Assembly (NCBI GenBank): GCA_963748215.1
Contig: CAVVHS010000005.1
Span: 128,001-192,000, forward strand
Length of the DNA stretch: 64,000 bases
Direction: 5' to 3'
Source of the DNA: an uncultured Gammaproteobacteria bacterium
GTDB lineage: Bacteria > Pseudomonadota > Gammaproteobacteria > UBA9214
Shown: piece after piece, positions 42,101 through 51,868 of the stretch
Layout: each line of letters begins with the position of its first letter
How positions within the stretch are numbered: position 1 is the stretch's first letter
Notes under the pieces: generated by a model
What the model was told of the DNA's origin: nothing
Databases searched by the model: none
Seen by the model: only the letters and a program-made list of their open reading frames with translations
Made by a program: the position numbers and the translations under genes

Positions 42101-42619
42101 CACGGCAAACCGCGCGATAGCCAGTGCCGTCCCATGGTAGCCGCCGGCCAGCGTCACGGCATCAAAGGCCAGCGGCTCCGCCCCGGGTGCGCCGACAATC
42201 ACCAGTTCCTGAACGGACAGATCCTGCACCTCGAGGGCCACCGGCAGGCTGATACGGTCCGGCAGCTGCAGTGGCTCGCCATTGCCCGCCGCACGCTGTT
42301 CATAGCGCACGCCCTCGCCGGCCAGTCGCTCGATTCGCAACAGCTTGTCGAGCAGTGCCGCCGGCGACCAGTCGAGCTGTAACGACCGGGCCTCAAACAG
42401 CAATTGCCCGGATTCGTAGTGGACATCCGTCAGCCGGATCGAACCGGCCAGACGCCCCTGCACAGTGCCGATCGCGAGCTCCGGTACCACCGGGCCGATG
42501 AGCTGGCGCCACAACAGCCGCAGCCCGGACTCGGTGCCTGCCAGCCAGCCGAGCAACGCCAGCACCAGCAGCAACAGGGCGAGGATTCCCGGCAGAATGC
42601 GGCGTAACAGCAGGCTCAC
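39140..42619 (-). CDS. tamB: Translocation and assembly module TamB
   Basis: N-terminal TM anchor (GTESGLR), long beta-rich body and C-terminal DUF490-like GRYEAYGQ...LSWLVLGRP...VGKYLTPELFVSYG. Confidence 0.93.
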   Translation of the reverse strand: MSLLLRRILPGILALLLLVLALLGWLAGTESGLRLLWRQLIGPVVPELAIGTVQGRLAGSIRLTDVHYESGQLLFEARSLQLDWSPAALLDKLLRIERLAGEGVRYEQRAAGNGEPLQLPDRISLPVALEVQDLSVQELVIVGAPGAEPLAFDAVTLAGGYHGTALAIARFAVRHAAVAVDGALGLQTQDDFPVSGEVSWQAELPDYAPLAAQAAVSGSLRALHVELTAAAPYALLLDLTLHEPLDVLRLDATATLQDSDLAAINAAWPGMRLAGTLTAQGPTDALQLDGALDVQDPLAGALQLVFAGQLLPDALQVDRLQLAAQEQPTRLDAQGRIGFGAQPVFDFEAQWQALAWPLTGTPEYASQQGRFTLAGTADAYRLDASGDLKVLEVLAGDLLLRARSGATPDSWQIEQARLSGGKSHIEASGQVGSLFDLEWRISAPRLGDLVPQASGRLDGGGTLKGKLPEPALNVRASGAGLAFQDYRLGVLDVDGVLNLAAGQPSRLKATLADVRVPGVVVMKASVTGEGTTAQHHVSLAAETDQGNAEIDVNGRWDGAAWQFDLRHAVLARSPLAPWQLVQPVAGELSGTRLRLPEHCWSSTQARACGRFEGGAQEFAGDFTLAALPLAYFSGLLPERVKLQGDLSGRGEFGRLAGQSTTLAMQLDSTPIQLDLPQDEAGQEQQFSFAPARAAFSLARNKATLSVDLPLADSPGGVHASADLAIPAAGGWLQGSLLGELSLDWPDIGLLSRWTPEVRELHGRIDGRMQIEGTPAAPRLQGRLALSEGAAALVTPGLELQDVGVELAGQPAGDIRITASARSGGGTLQIDGFANPVERTATLAVRGEKFQVVNTPEARVFTTPDLQLAVDSEQASITGRIDIPSAQLRPRSPPPSAVGVSPDQVIVEEGGQDATQARYPVTARVRIVLGDAVDIEGLGLSGKLHGDVQVIDLPVQPATASGELSISDGRYEAYGQQLAIRTGRLLFSGGAVTEPGLDIEAVRKPAPDVLVGVRARGQLRAPKFTVFSEPAMPQSQQLSWLVLGRPLQGGASDSQRSAMQTAALMLGMSGGESIGKKLGEELGFDEVTLGSNPGEGVTQASLLVGKYLTPELFVSYGIGLFEPVSTLSLRYALSSRWKLVGSASALESAADLIYEIERRK

Positions 42620-44439
42620 AGGTCGGGTCCGATGCTGATGTGCAGGCGGAAATTGTTGTCCGGGTCGTCGAACGGGTGCGCCAGGTCGACCCGCAGCATG
42701 CCGACCGGACTGCGCCAGCGAAATCCGATACCTGCGCCAAGCTTGGGCTGCGGCAGGAAACTGTCGTCGGCGTTGCCGGCATCGACGAACACGGCGGCGC
42801 CGAAATTACCGACGAACAGATAGTCCATCTCAATACTGCCAACCGCCAGGTACTGGCCACCGATCACCTCGCCGCTGCTGTCGACCGGCGCCAGTTTCTG
42901 GTAGTCGTAGCCGCGCACGCTCTGGTCGCCACCGGCAAAGAAACGCTCCGAGGCCGGCAACTTGTCGAAGTCGTCGACCGTGGTGTAACCGAGCTGCCCA
43001 CGGCCAATCAGACGCCCCTTGCTGCCCAGTGGATACACGCCACGCAGGCCGGCCTCAGTGCGGACAAAGCGGGTCGCCGAAATCAATCCGGGTGAACCGC
43101 GCAGGTCGGCGTTGAAGCTGTAGCCGCGACGCGGAAACAGCACGTTGTCGCTTTTGAGTTTCGAGATCCCCACGCCGGGAATAAGAAAGTTCACCGTGTC
43201 ATTCTCGGTACCCAGGTCGAAGGTTTCATGCTGGTAGTTGATATACAGACGGCGCTGGAAAGTGCCCAGGCTGACATTCTGGCTGACGCCCAGCTTGTAG
43301 CCGCGTGTAGTGCCGCTGTTCGCCACCTCGGCGTTTTCCAGTTCACCGCCGAACACCAGGCGATCGGAGACGAGGTTACGGATCGGAATCGTGTAGTAAA
43401 CAGCGGCGTTCTGCGCGGGCGCCGAGAGGCGCAGCTCGCTCTTCACGCCGTGCCCGCGCCGGTTGATGCGCGGGTAATTCGCACCCAGCGTCACGCGCGG
43501 CCCGGTATCCGTGCCGAACCCCAGGCCGAGTGAATAGCGGGTATGTGCAGCCGGCAGGGTATGCACGATAACCGGCACACGCTGGTCCTGCGTCTCGCTG
43601 CGCCGCACGTCGAGGTCGACCTGGTCGAAATACCCGCTGTCGCCGAGCGCCAGTTGCAGGTCGAGCAGTTTTCCGGTATCGAACGGCGCACCTTCGTCGA
43701 TGCGCACATACCGGCTGACAAACCCGGGATTGAGAATATCCTGTTCCACGGTTACCGGCCCGAAGTAAAAGCGCAACCCGGTATCGAGGTGCAGGATGGC
43801 ATCCGCACGTTGCGCGGCCGGGTTCACGCGCAACTGCGACTTCGAGTAGCGTGCGTCCAGGTAACCCGCCTTCAGCGCCGCGCTTATGAGCGCTTCCCGG
43901 GTGGCATCGTAGTACGGGTGCTGCAGCCGCTCACCCGCGCGCAGGCGGGTGCTGTTACGCACCTTGTCAAGTTCCGGGTCTGCTGCGCCCGCGCCGCTGA
44001 TCGCGATATCCACCGACTGGAGCAGCACCGCCGGGCCGTGATCGATCCTGTAACTGGCGATCCAGCGCTCGCCCTGCTGCTCGAGCGAGGACTCGATGAC
44101 CGGTTCGTAATAGCCATAGGGCTGCAGTGCCGCACGGATGTCTTTTTCAGCACGCCGGTGCAGTCGACGGATCTCGTCTGCGGCAGGCAACTTTCGCGGC
44201 CCGGTCCTGCCGGGCAGCGGCAGGGGCAGCGGCAGGCCTGGCGTGGTATGTACATACTGCGAAAGTCCCAGGTTTGCACGTACATTGTCCAGCAGCACGC
44301 CCTGCACCCCGCTGATCTTCAGTTCCAGCGTCTGCTGGGCTATAGCCAGGGGCAGGTAGAATAGGCACAACAAAACCGCCACCGACAAGGGTCGGTGGTT
44401 GCGTGCCGGTCTGCAGACACTGGGGCTGGCTGTTTTCAT
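42616..44439 (-). CDS. tamA: Omp85-family TamA
   Basis: POTRA-like ALQPYGYY, GFGTDTGPR, RFFAGGDQSVRGY, WRSPVG and terminal HISIGPDL; 4-bp overlap with tamB. Confidence 0.94.
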   Translation of the reverse strand: MKTASPSVCRPARNHRPLSVAVLLCLFYLPLAIAQQTLELKISGVQGVLLDNVRANLGLSQYVHTTPGLPLPLPLPGRTGPRKLPAADEIRRLHRRAEKDIRAALQPYGYYEPVIESSLEQQGERWIASYRIDHGPAVLLQSVDIAISGAGAADPELDKVRNSTRLRAGERLQHPYYDATREALISAALKAGYLDARYSKSQLRVNPAAQRADAILHLDTGLRFYFGPVTVEQDILNPGFVSRYVRIDEGAPFDTGKLLDLQLALGDSGYFDQVDLDVRRSETQDQRVPVIVHTLPAAHTRYSLGLGFGTDTGPRVTLGANYPRINRRGHGVKSELRLSAPAQNAAVYYTIPIRNLVSDRLVFGGELENAEVANSGTTRGYKLGVSQNVSLGTFQRRLYINYQHETFDLGTENDTVNFLIPGVGISKLKSDNVLFPRRGYSFNADLRGSPGLISATRFVRTEAGLRGVYPLGSKGRLIGRGQLGYTTVDDFDKLPASERFFAGGDQSVRGYDYQKLAPVDSSGEVIGGQYLAVGSIEMDYLFVGNFGAAVFVDAGNADDSFLPQPKLGAGIGFRWRSPVGMLRVDLAHPFDDPDNNFRLHISIGPDL

Positions 44440-44615
44440 GGTCGTGGCATGATACTCGCCCGTGCGGGCATTGACAGCAGGCGGTCTTTTCCAGTAAGTG
44501 CGCTGCCAGTATTCGAGCCGAACTTCACAGGGGCGGAGCTGTCAGTACCCTCTACTGGTACTGTTGGACCATAATCAATATCCTGCGTAAAGACTGACGA
44601 CCCGACAGGGGCCAT

Positions 44616-45695
44616 ATGAATCACCTTAATCACCTGCGCCTGCTGCTTGCCGGCACGGCATTGCTGGGGGCTGCAACCATGGCGGCCGACCCGTCGCCAA
44701 CCGGTGTGATCGTCGCGCCCGCCCGCCTGGTCGAGTTCGCCGACCGCGTCGAGGCCCTTGGCACGCTGGCGGCCAATGAGTCTGTCGCGCTCACCGCCAC
44801 GGTCACGGAAACCGTCAGCGTCCTGCACTTCGACGACGGTGACCGGGTCGAACAGGGCCAGGTGCTGGCCGAGATGACCAGCCGCGAGGAACATGCCCAG
44901 CTCGAAGAGGCGCGCGCCACCGTCAACGAGGCCCGGCGCCAGTACCAGCGCATCAAGTCCCTGGAGGCCGAGGGCACGGCGGCGAAGTCGCTGCTCGACG
45001 AGCGCCAGCGCGAGTGGGAAACCGCGCGAGCACGCCTGACCGCGTTCGAATCACGACTGGCCGACCGCCTGATCAAGGCGCCGTTTGCCGGCATCGTCGG
45101 CCTGCGCGACCTGAGCGTCGGCGCACTGGTTCAACCCGGCGACCTGATCACCACGCTGGATGACGACAGCGTCATGAAACTGGAATTCCCGATCTCCGCC
45201 ACCTATCTCGATGTGCTGCATCCCGGCCTGCAGGTGGTTGCTACCAGCCGCGCCTTCGCCGGGCGCAACTTCGAGGGCAGCGTCAAGGCCGTGGACAGCC
45301 GCATCGACCCGGTGACCCGCTCCATCCGCGTGCGCGCCCTGCTGCCCAATCCTGATCACCTGCTCAAACCGGGCATGCTGATGCATGTCGTGCTGCAGAA
45401 AGACCCGCGCACGGCACTGGTCATACCGGAAGAATCACTGATCCCCCTGGGCAAGCAGCAGTTCGTGTACATCGTCACCCCGAAGAACACGATCGAACAG
45501 CGCGAAATCCACATCGGCGGGCGCCGGCCCGGCCTGGTCGAGGTGGTGGACGGTCTCGCCCCTGACGAACAGGTCGTCACCCACGGTCACCTGCAGGTAC
45601 GTCCCGGCCAGGCGGTCACGATCACGACCGTCGACGATGGCGGCCGTACGCTGCCCGAGCTGCTGCGCGCCCTGCCCGGCGGCGACACCAGATGA
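44616..45695 (+). CDS. RND efflux periplasmic adaptor (membrane fusion protein)
   Basis: ALGTL.ANESV, IKAPFAGIVG, IDPVTRSIRVRA and LKPGM. Confidence 0.93.
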   Translation: MNHLNHLRLLLAGTALLGAATMAADPSPTGVIVAPARLVEFADRVEALGTLAANESVALTATVTETVSVLHFDDGDRVEQGQVLAEMTSREEHAQLEEARATVNEARRQYQRIKSLEAEGTAAKSLLDERQREWETARARLTAFESRLADRLIKAPFAGIVGLRDLSVGALVQPGDLITTLDDDSVMKLEFPISATYLDVLHPGLQVVATSRAFAGRNFEGSVKAVDSRIDPVTRSIRVRALLPNPDHLLKPGMLMHVVLQKDPRTALVIPEESLIPLGKQQFVYIVTPKNTIEQREIHIGGRRPGLVEVVDGLAPDEQVVTHGHLQVRPGQAVTITTVDDGGRTLPELLRALPGGDTR

Positions 45696-48600
45696 TCCTG
45701 TCCGATGTCTCGGTCACCCGGCCGGTATTCGCATCGGTCATGTCGCTATTGCTGATCGCCTTTGGCCTGGTGTCGTTCGACCGCCTGCCGCTGCGCGAAT
45801 ACCCGGATATCGACCCGCCGATTGTCACGGTCGATACCAGTTACCCCGGCGCTGCCGCCAACGTGGTGGAAAACCGCATCACCGAACTCATCGAGGACCG
45901 CATCTCGGGCATCGAGGGCATCCGCTTCATCGACTCCACCAGCGAGGACGGTCGCTCGCGAATTACCGTGGAATTCGGCATCGATCGCGATATCGACGCC
46001 GCTGCCAATGACATCCGCGACCGCGTGTCCGCCATTCTCGATGACCTGCCCGACGAGGCCGACCCGCCGGACATCCAGAAGGAAGACAGCAACGAAGACG
46101 TGATCATGTGGCTGAACCTGGCGGGCGAAGGCATGACCATCCCGGAGCTGACCGACTATGCCCGGCGCTACCTGCAGGACCGCTTCTCGGTGCTGGACGG
46201 TGTGGCCCGGGTGCGCATCGGTGGCGGCCAGGTCTACGCCATGCGCATCTGGCTGGACCAGCGCGAGCTGGCGGCGCGCAACCTGACCGTGGCGGACGTG
46301 GAAGCGGCGCTGCGTGCCGAGAACCTGGAACTGCCGGCCGGCAGCATCGACTCCGAGAACCGCCAGTTCACCGTGCGCACCGAACGCACCTTCCAGACCG
46401 CGGACGACTTCGCGCGGCTGGTGCTGGCGCGCGGCGAGGACGGTTACCTGGTCAGGCTCGGCGATGTCGCGCGCGTGGAACGCGGCACCTCCGAAGACCG
46501 GCTGTTCTTCCGCGGCAACACCGTGCCGATGGTAGGCATCGGCATCACCAAGCAGTCGACCGCCAATACGCTGGCCGTGGCCAAGGCAGCCAAGGCGGAA
46601 ATGGCGCGCATCAATACCATGCTGCCGGCGGGCCTGGCCATCAAGCAGAGCTACGACAGCTCGGTGTTCGTGGAAGGTGCTATCCACGAGGTCTACAAGA
46701 CCCTGTTCATCGCCATCGCCATGGTGGTCGGCGTCATCTACCTGTTCCTGGGCAGCCTGCGCGCCATGCTGGTGCCGGCCGTGACCGTGCCGGTGTCCCT
46801 GGTCGCCACCTTCATGGTGCTGCTGGCGCTGGATTTCTCGCTCAACATACTGACCCTGCTGGCGCTGGTGCTGGCCATCGGCCTGGTGGTGGACGACGCC
46901 ATCGTGGTGATCGAGAACATTCACCGGCGCATGCAGCAGCACGGCGAAACGCGCCTGGTGGCAGCGTTCCGCGGCACGCGCCAGGTCGGCTTCGCCGTCA
47001 TCGCCACCACGGTGGTGCTGGTGGCGGTGTTCGTGCCGATCGCCTTCCTGCAGGGTGACATCGGCCGCCTGTTTGCCGAGTTCGCGCTGACCATGGCGGC
47101 GGCCGTGTCATTCTCCAGTTTTGTCGCGCTGTCGCTCTCGCCCATGCTGGCCTCGAAAATCCTGCCGCAGGATGCCCGGCATTCGCGCCTGTCCAGTCTG
47201 GTGGATCGCCTGTTCGGCAAGGTGCGGCGCGGCTATCACACCCTGCTGCAGGGTGCGCTGCGGCGCAGCTGGATCGTCGGCCTGGTGTTCGTCGGCATAC
47301 TGGGCGGCTCGGTATGGCTGTACCAGGCCATCCCCGATGAATACGCGCCCAAGGAAGACCGCGGTGTCTTCTACCTGATGGTGACCGGCCCGGAAGGTAC
47401 CTCCTATCCCTATATCGCCGCCTACATGACCGAGATCGAGCGGCGCCTGATGCCGCTGGTCGAGAACGGCGAGATCTCGCGCATGCTGGTGCGCGCGCCG
47501 CGCGGCTTCGGCAATTTCGAGATCTTCAACACCGGCATCGTCATCAATGTGCTCAGCGACTGGTCGAAGCGCCGCTCGGCCTGGGACATCATGGATGACG
47601 TGCGCCAGCGGCTGAAGGACCTGCCCGGCGTGCGCGCCTTTCCGGTCATGCGCCAGGGTTTCGGGGCACGCATCCAGAAACCGGTGCAGTTCGTCATCGG
47701 CGGCGGCACCTACGAACAGCTGGCGCAGTGGCGCGACACCCTGGTGGAAAAGATCAACGCGAACAATCCCGGGCTGACCGGCCTTGACTGGGACTACAAG
47801 GAGACCAAGCCGCAACTGCGCGTGAATATCGACTACGACCGCGCCGCCGAGCTCGGTGTCACCATCGGCAGCATCGGGCGCACGCTGGAAACCCTGCTTG
47901 GTTCGCGCCGCGTCACCACCTACATCGACGCCGGCGAGGAATACGACGTGATCCTGGAAGGCGAACGCGACACCCAGCGCACGCCATCGAGCATGGAAAA
48001 CATCTACGTGCGCTCGGAGCGCACGCAACAACTGATACCGCTCTCCAACCTGGTACAGCTCGAGGAGTTTGCCGATTCGATCCAGCTGAACCGCTACAAC
48101 CGGGTGCGCGCCATCACGCTGGAGGCCAATCTCGCCGATGGCGTGTCACTGGGCGATGCACTGCGCAGCCTCGAACAGATGGCAAGGGATTACCTGCCCA
48201 GCGAGGTCATCATCGACTACAAGGGGCAGTCACAGGATTACAAGTCATCCGGCGGCTCGATCCTGTTTACCTTCCTGCTCGGTGTCGTGGTGGTGTTCCT
48301 GGTACTGGCCGCACAGTTCGAAAGCTGGGTGCATCCGTTCGTCATCATGCTGACCGTGCCGCTGGCCATGGCCGGGGCCCTGCTGGGGCTGTTCGTTACC
48401 GGGCAGACACTCAATATCTACAGCCAGATCGGCCTGATCATGCTGGTCGGCCTGGCGGCCAAGAACGGTATCCTGATCGTGGAATTCGCCAACCAGTTGC
48501 GCGATGCCGGCCGGCCGTTCCGCGAGGCCCTCATCGAGGCCTCCGAAATCCGCCTGCGCCCGATCATCATGACGGGCATTACAACCGCCGCCGCCTCCGT

Positions 48601-48799
48601 GCCGCTGCTGCTGTCATCCGGCGCGGGCACGGAAACCCGCACCGTCATCGGCACCGTGGTCCTGTTCGGCATCCTGTCGGCGACCTTCTTCACCATTATT
48701 GTCGTGCCGGTAGCCTATGACCTGCTGGCCCGGCACACCGGCTCGCCAAAGCGCGTACGGCGCCAGCTGGACGAGGAACTGGCATCGAGCGATAAGTAG
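45692..48799 (+). CDS. RND efflux permease (AcrB/AcrD/AcrF superfamily)
   Basis: LPLREYPDID.P, AIGLVVDDAIVVIENI, KNGILIVEFAN and RLRPIIMT. Confidence 0.96.
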   Translation: MILSDVSVTRPVFASVMSLLLIAFGLVSFDRLPLREYPDIDPPIVTVDTSYPGAAANVVENRITELIEDRISGIEGIRFIDSTSEDGRSRITVEFGIDRDIDAAANDIRDRVSAILDDLPDEADPPDIQKEDSNEDVIMWLNLAGEGMTIPELTDYARRYLQDRFSVLDGVARVRIGGGQVYAMRIWLDQRELAARNLTVADVEAALRAENLELPAGSIDSENRQFTVRTERTFQTADDFARLVLARGEDGYLVRLGDVARVERGTSEDRLFFRGNTVPMVGIGITKQSTANTLAVAKAAKAEMARINTMLPAGLAIKQSYDSSVFVEGAIHEVYKTLFIAIAMVVGVIYLFLGSLRAMLVPAVTVPVSLVATFMVLLALDFSLNILTLLALVLAIGLVVDDAIVVIENIHRRMQQHGETRLVAAFRGTRQVGFAVIATTVVLVAVFVPIAFLQGDIGRLFAEFALTMAAAVSFSSFVALSLSPMLASKILPQDARHSRLSSLVDRLFGKVRRGYHTLLQGALRRSWIVGLVFVGILGGSVWLYQAIPDEYAPKEDRGVFYLMVTGPEGTSYPYIAAYMTEIERRLMPLVENGEISRMLVRAPRGFGNFEIFNTGIVINVLSDWSKRRSAWDIMDDVRQRLKDLPGVRAFPVMRQGFGARIQKPVQFVIGGGTYEQLAQWRDTLVEKINANNPGLTGLDWDYKETKPQLRVNIDYDRAAELGVTIGSIGRTLETLLGSRRVTTYIDAGEEYDVILEGERDTQRTPSSMENIYVRSERTQQLIPLSNLVQLEEFADSIQLNRYNRVRAITLEANLADGVSLGDALRSLEQMARDYLPSEVIIDYKGQSQDYKSSGGSILFTFLLGVVVVFLVLAAQFESWVHPFVIMLTVPLAMAGALLGLFVTGQTLNIYSQIGLIMLVGLAAKNGILIVEFANQLRDAGRPFREALIEASEIRLRPIIMTGITTAAASVPLLLSSGAGTETRTVIGTVVLFGILSATFFTIIVVPVAYDLLARHTGSPKRVRRQLDEELASSDK

Positions 48800-49219
48800 C
48801 GCCTCCCGTCGGGTTGGCTGCAGGTATGCGGCATAGCTCACGGATGTGCAGGGTGGTGATGCCTCGCACAACCCTGCCGGCATCTCCCCGGGGCGTTTCC
48901 TCGCCTGTGCACGAATCCGGAGCACCCGTCATGAATAGGCAATGATATCGTCATCCGGAGAACCGACACCCTGTCGAAAACGTCTTTTACCTGAAGCGTA
49001 GTCGCCCGGAGCATCGACTGCATGGCTGGCACGCTGCCCCATCGGCAAACCCGGCATCGGCGTATTTTTCAGCCAGCCGCTCTTCACCTTCCACTAATAT
49101 CCTCATGCAACAGCCAACCGGATCAGGCTTGCCTCGTTTGTATCCTGCACGGGCCTCACCTAGAATCAGATACGGACAGACTCATGTTCTGTCTGCAGCC
49201 AGGTAGAGGATATAACAAC

Positions 49220-49741
49220 ATGTACTCACACCTGTACACGGTGGCCGGCATCCTGATGCTGGGCACAGTGGTAAACCTCGCGGCAGATGCAGCACAGCCC
49301 CAGACTGCCGGGACGGAAGCCGGCCTCCCTTTTCCTTCCAGCACCCCGGAGGACACCAGCGGTGAGACGGCGGCTGCCTCTGATGTCCGCCCGATGCCCG
49401 GCGAATTGAAACGCCTCGAGGACCTCAACCTGTTATCCACGGCGCTGGTGACCAAGGCCGGATCCGGGTCAGCAGCAGCGCACAAGTTCCGGCTAGAGGC
49501 GCGCATGTATCGCGAGCTGTTGCGACAGGCAATGCTCAGCAACCGCGAGCAGCCCGCAAACCGGCAGTTGCCGCAGCCACTGCTGCTGGACATGGTGCGC
49601 ATGTCAGCGCTGCTGCATTCGGCTGCTGACTGCAAGACAGGATTTATCATCAGCTGTCCCGCCGATCTCATGCGACAGCTCCAGTCACAGCAGGCCAGGG
49701 TTACACAAGGCCTGAAGATGGCCAGGATGATGTATGACTAG
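49220..49741 (+). CDS. Hypothetical exported helical protein
   Basis: GAGGA RBS before ATG 49220; signal-like N-terminus; Cys pair ADCKTGFIISCP; 9 bp upstream of the permease. Confidence 0.6.
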   Translation: MYSHLYTVAGILMLGTVVNLAADAAQPQTAGTEAGLPFPSSTPEDTSGETAAASDVRPMPGELKRLEDLNLLSTALVTKAGSGSAAAHKFRLEARMYRELLRQAMLSNREQPANRQLPQPLLLDMVRMSALLHSAADCKTGFIISCPADLMRQLQSQQARVTQGLKMARMMYD

Positions 49742-49750
49742 TTTTCCGCG

Positions 49751-50881
49751 GTGAACGCGATCTGGCACCAGTTCGCAACAACGGTTTGGCAGATTGTCAA
49801 CGAATCCGCCTTCTGGCTGATCGCCAGCCTGCTGATTGGCGGCCTGGTGCACGAGTTTCTGCCTTCGAGCCGCTTCCGCGAACTGCTGAACCGCAAGGGC
49901 CAGGTCGGCATGTTTGGCGCCATCGCGTTCGGCGCCATTCTGCCGATCTGCAGCTGCGGCGTCATTCCACTCGCCATCAGCCTGTATCGCTCCGGTGTAC
50001 GACTCGGGCCCGTGATGGCCTTCGCGGCCGCAACGCCCATCATCAATCCCGCCGCGGTGATACTGTCACTGGCCCTGCTCGGCCCGCAGATCACGATAGC
50101 CTATGTCACCCTGGGACTGGTGCTGCCTTACCTGCTTGGGCTGATCGCCGAACGGTGGGGGGAACCACTTGAAGTTAAATCCGTCGCAGAGGTGTCTGCC
50201 TGCTGCAGCGGCACCCAATCATCAGGGCCGGCAGAGTTACCGGCATCCGGAAGCAGGCTGCTACCGCGTATCGCCGCGGGGCTCCGCTGGGGCTTCACAG
50301 ACCTCGGTCCGACGATCGCCTTCTACATGACCATCGGTGTACTGCTGGCAGGTCTGATCGCCGCCTTCCTGCCGACAACGTGGGTGGACAGCTATCTGCG
50401 GGACAGCTCGGGCCTTGCACTGATGGCAGCAGGGGTGCTCGGCGCCAGCATCTACGTTTGCGCGGTCGGGCACATCCCGCTCGTGGCGAGCCTGCTCGCC
50501 ATGGGGGCTGCCCCGGGGATCTCCATTGTGTTTCTGGTAACGGGCACGGCAACCAACCTGCCGGAACTGATTGCACTCTACAACACGATCGGCAGACGGA
50601 CCGTCGTCTTGTACGCTTCGTCGCTGATCGTCGGCGCCATGATTGCGGGTGTGGCCGTCAACGCCTGGCTCATGCCCGGCTTCGCGCCCGTATTCGATCC
50701 CGTACGCAGTCTGGAGCTGGTCGAGGCAGGCGAACGGCTACAGCCGACAACAGGTGCGTTAGTCAGTGCGGTCGCGAGCGCGGTGCTAGTGGCCTTGGCG
50801 GGCTTCGGCACCTGGCGCTGGATCGCGGCGCGCCTCCGGAGCCGCAGCACCAAATCCGACGACAGCTGCTGCTCCGGTTGA
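49751..50881 (+). CDS. DUF318 / ArsP-like permease
   Basis: LPICSCGVIP, TPIINP, YVCAVGHIP and GTATNL; Cys-Cys pairs in the loop and C-terminus. Confidence 0.88.
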   Translation: MNAIWHQFATTVWQIVNESAFWLIASLLIGGLVHEFLPSSRFRELLNRKGQVGMFGAIAFGAILPICSCGVIPLAISLYRSGVRLGPVMAFAAATPIINPAAVILSLALLGPQITIAYVTLGLVLPYLLGLIAERWGEPLEVKSVAEVSACCSGTQSSGPAELPASGSRLLPRIAAGLRWGFTDLGPTIAFYMTIGVLLAGLIAAFLPTTWVDSYLRDSSGLALMAAGVLGASIYVCAVGHIPLVASLLAMGAAPGISIVFLVTGTATNLPELIALYNTIGRRTVVLYASSLIVGAMIAGVAVNAWLMPGFAPVFDPVRSLELVEAGERLQPTTGALVSAVASAVLVALAGFGTWRWIAARLRSRSTKSDDSCCSG

Positions 50882-51868
50882 AGCCAGCTCGATCAGCTCA
50901 CGTTTCTGTTGCGCGTCCAGCTCGTCGGTTAACAGCTCAGCATAGTTGGGCAACACCCTGCGAAACGCCTCGCGCTCATCCGCATCGACCTCGTAAATGG
51001 CCATGCCGGCTTTTTTCAGTTCAGCCAACGCCGCGGCCTCGCGTTGTTGCGCATCGTTTCGTTGCCAGATGGTGGTTTCACGCACGACTGAGGCGAGTTT
51101 CTCCTTGGTCGCAGGATCGAGGTTAGCCCAGTGCTCCGCAGGTGCAACCAGCACCCACCCCTCGTAACGATGGTTCGTGAGCGACATGGCCAGGTGCACC
51201 CGGTAGAGTTGCTCGCGCACGATCTGCTGCAGTGTCGCGGCCCGGCCAGCGATCAGGCACTCGCTCAGTACCGCTTGCCTGTCTTCCGGGTCGATCCGGC
51301 GGGCACTGGCCTTCCAGTACTGATACTGTTTTTCGGCAACCGGGTCGTGCCGGGTGATCAGGAATTCCCGCGCCTTGAGATTGCGCGCCCGATCGTAGCG
51401 CTTCAGGCCCGAAATGATATGCATGCCCTCGTCCCAGTAGGCAAGCACCTCCCAGCCATGCCTGCGCGCATCATCGGCGAGGTATTTCCCCAACGCGCCA
51501 TCCAGACGCTCGTGCACCGCCTCGAGGCCTGGATAGAAGAAAGGCAGTTCCAGAACCTGGTACGCGCGAACCTGTGTCGCCAGACTGCGCACCGGCATGA
51601 CCAGCAGCTCAGGAAGCGGGTCGGCTGTGCCGGTCAGCGACGCAGCTTCGATGGCAATGTCAATGCCGTGGTCCCTGGCAGCCTGCTGCAGGTGCGCTGC
51701 AGCAACCCACGCGAGATGGGAGTTATCCGCGGGTGCGACGACGGCAACCCGCAGCGTTTCAGTCCCGGAACCGGTTGCGGCGCTGACTGACGCCAGCGCC
51801 GCAACCACGCAACAAAACGACCCGAGCAGACGGGCCAGACGCCTGATCGGTCTAACGGACGATGACAC
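50786..51868 (-). CDS. TRAP transporter substrate-binding protein (DctP-like)
   Basis: VLELPFFY, LAYWDEGMH, SLTNHRY and W..L.....K; its low-complexity tail overlaps the convergent permease. Confidence 0.8.
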   Translation of the reverse strand: MSSSVRPIRRLARLLGSFCCVVAALASVSAATGSGTETLRVAVVAPADNSHLAWVAAAHLQQAARDHGIDIAIEAASLTGTADPLPELLVMPVRSLATQVRAYQVLELPFFYPGLEAVHERLDGALGKYLADDARRHGWEVLAYWDEGMHIISGLKRYDRARNLKAREFLITRHDPVAEKQYQYWKASARRIDPEDRQAVLSECLIAGRAATLQQIVREQLYRVHLAMSLTNHRYEGWVLVAPAEHWANLDPATKEKLASVVRETTIWQRNDAQQREAAALAELKKAGMAIYEVDADEREAFRRVLPNYAELLTDELDAQQKRELIELASTGAAAVVGFGAAAPEARRDPAPGAEARQGH

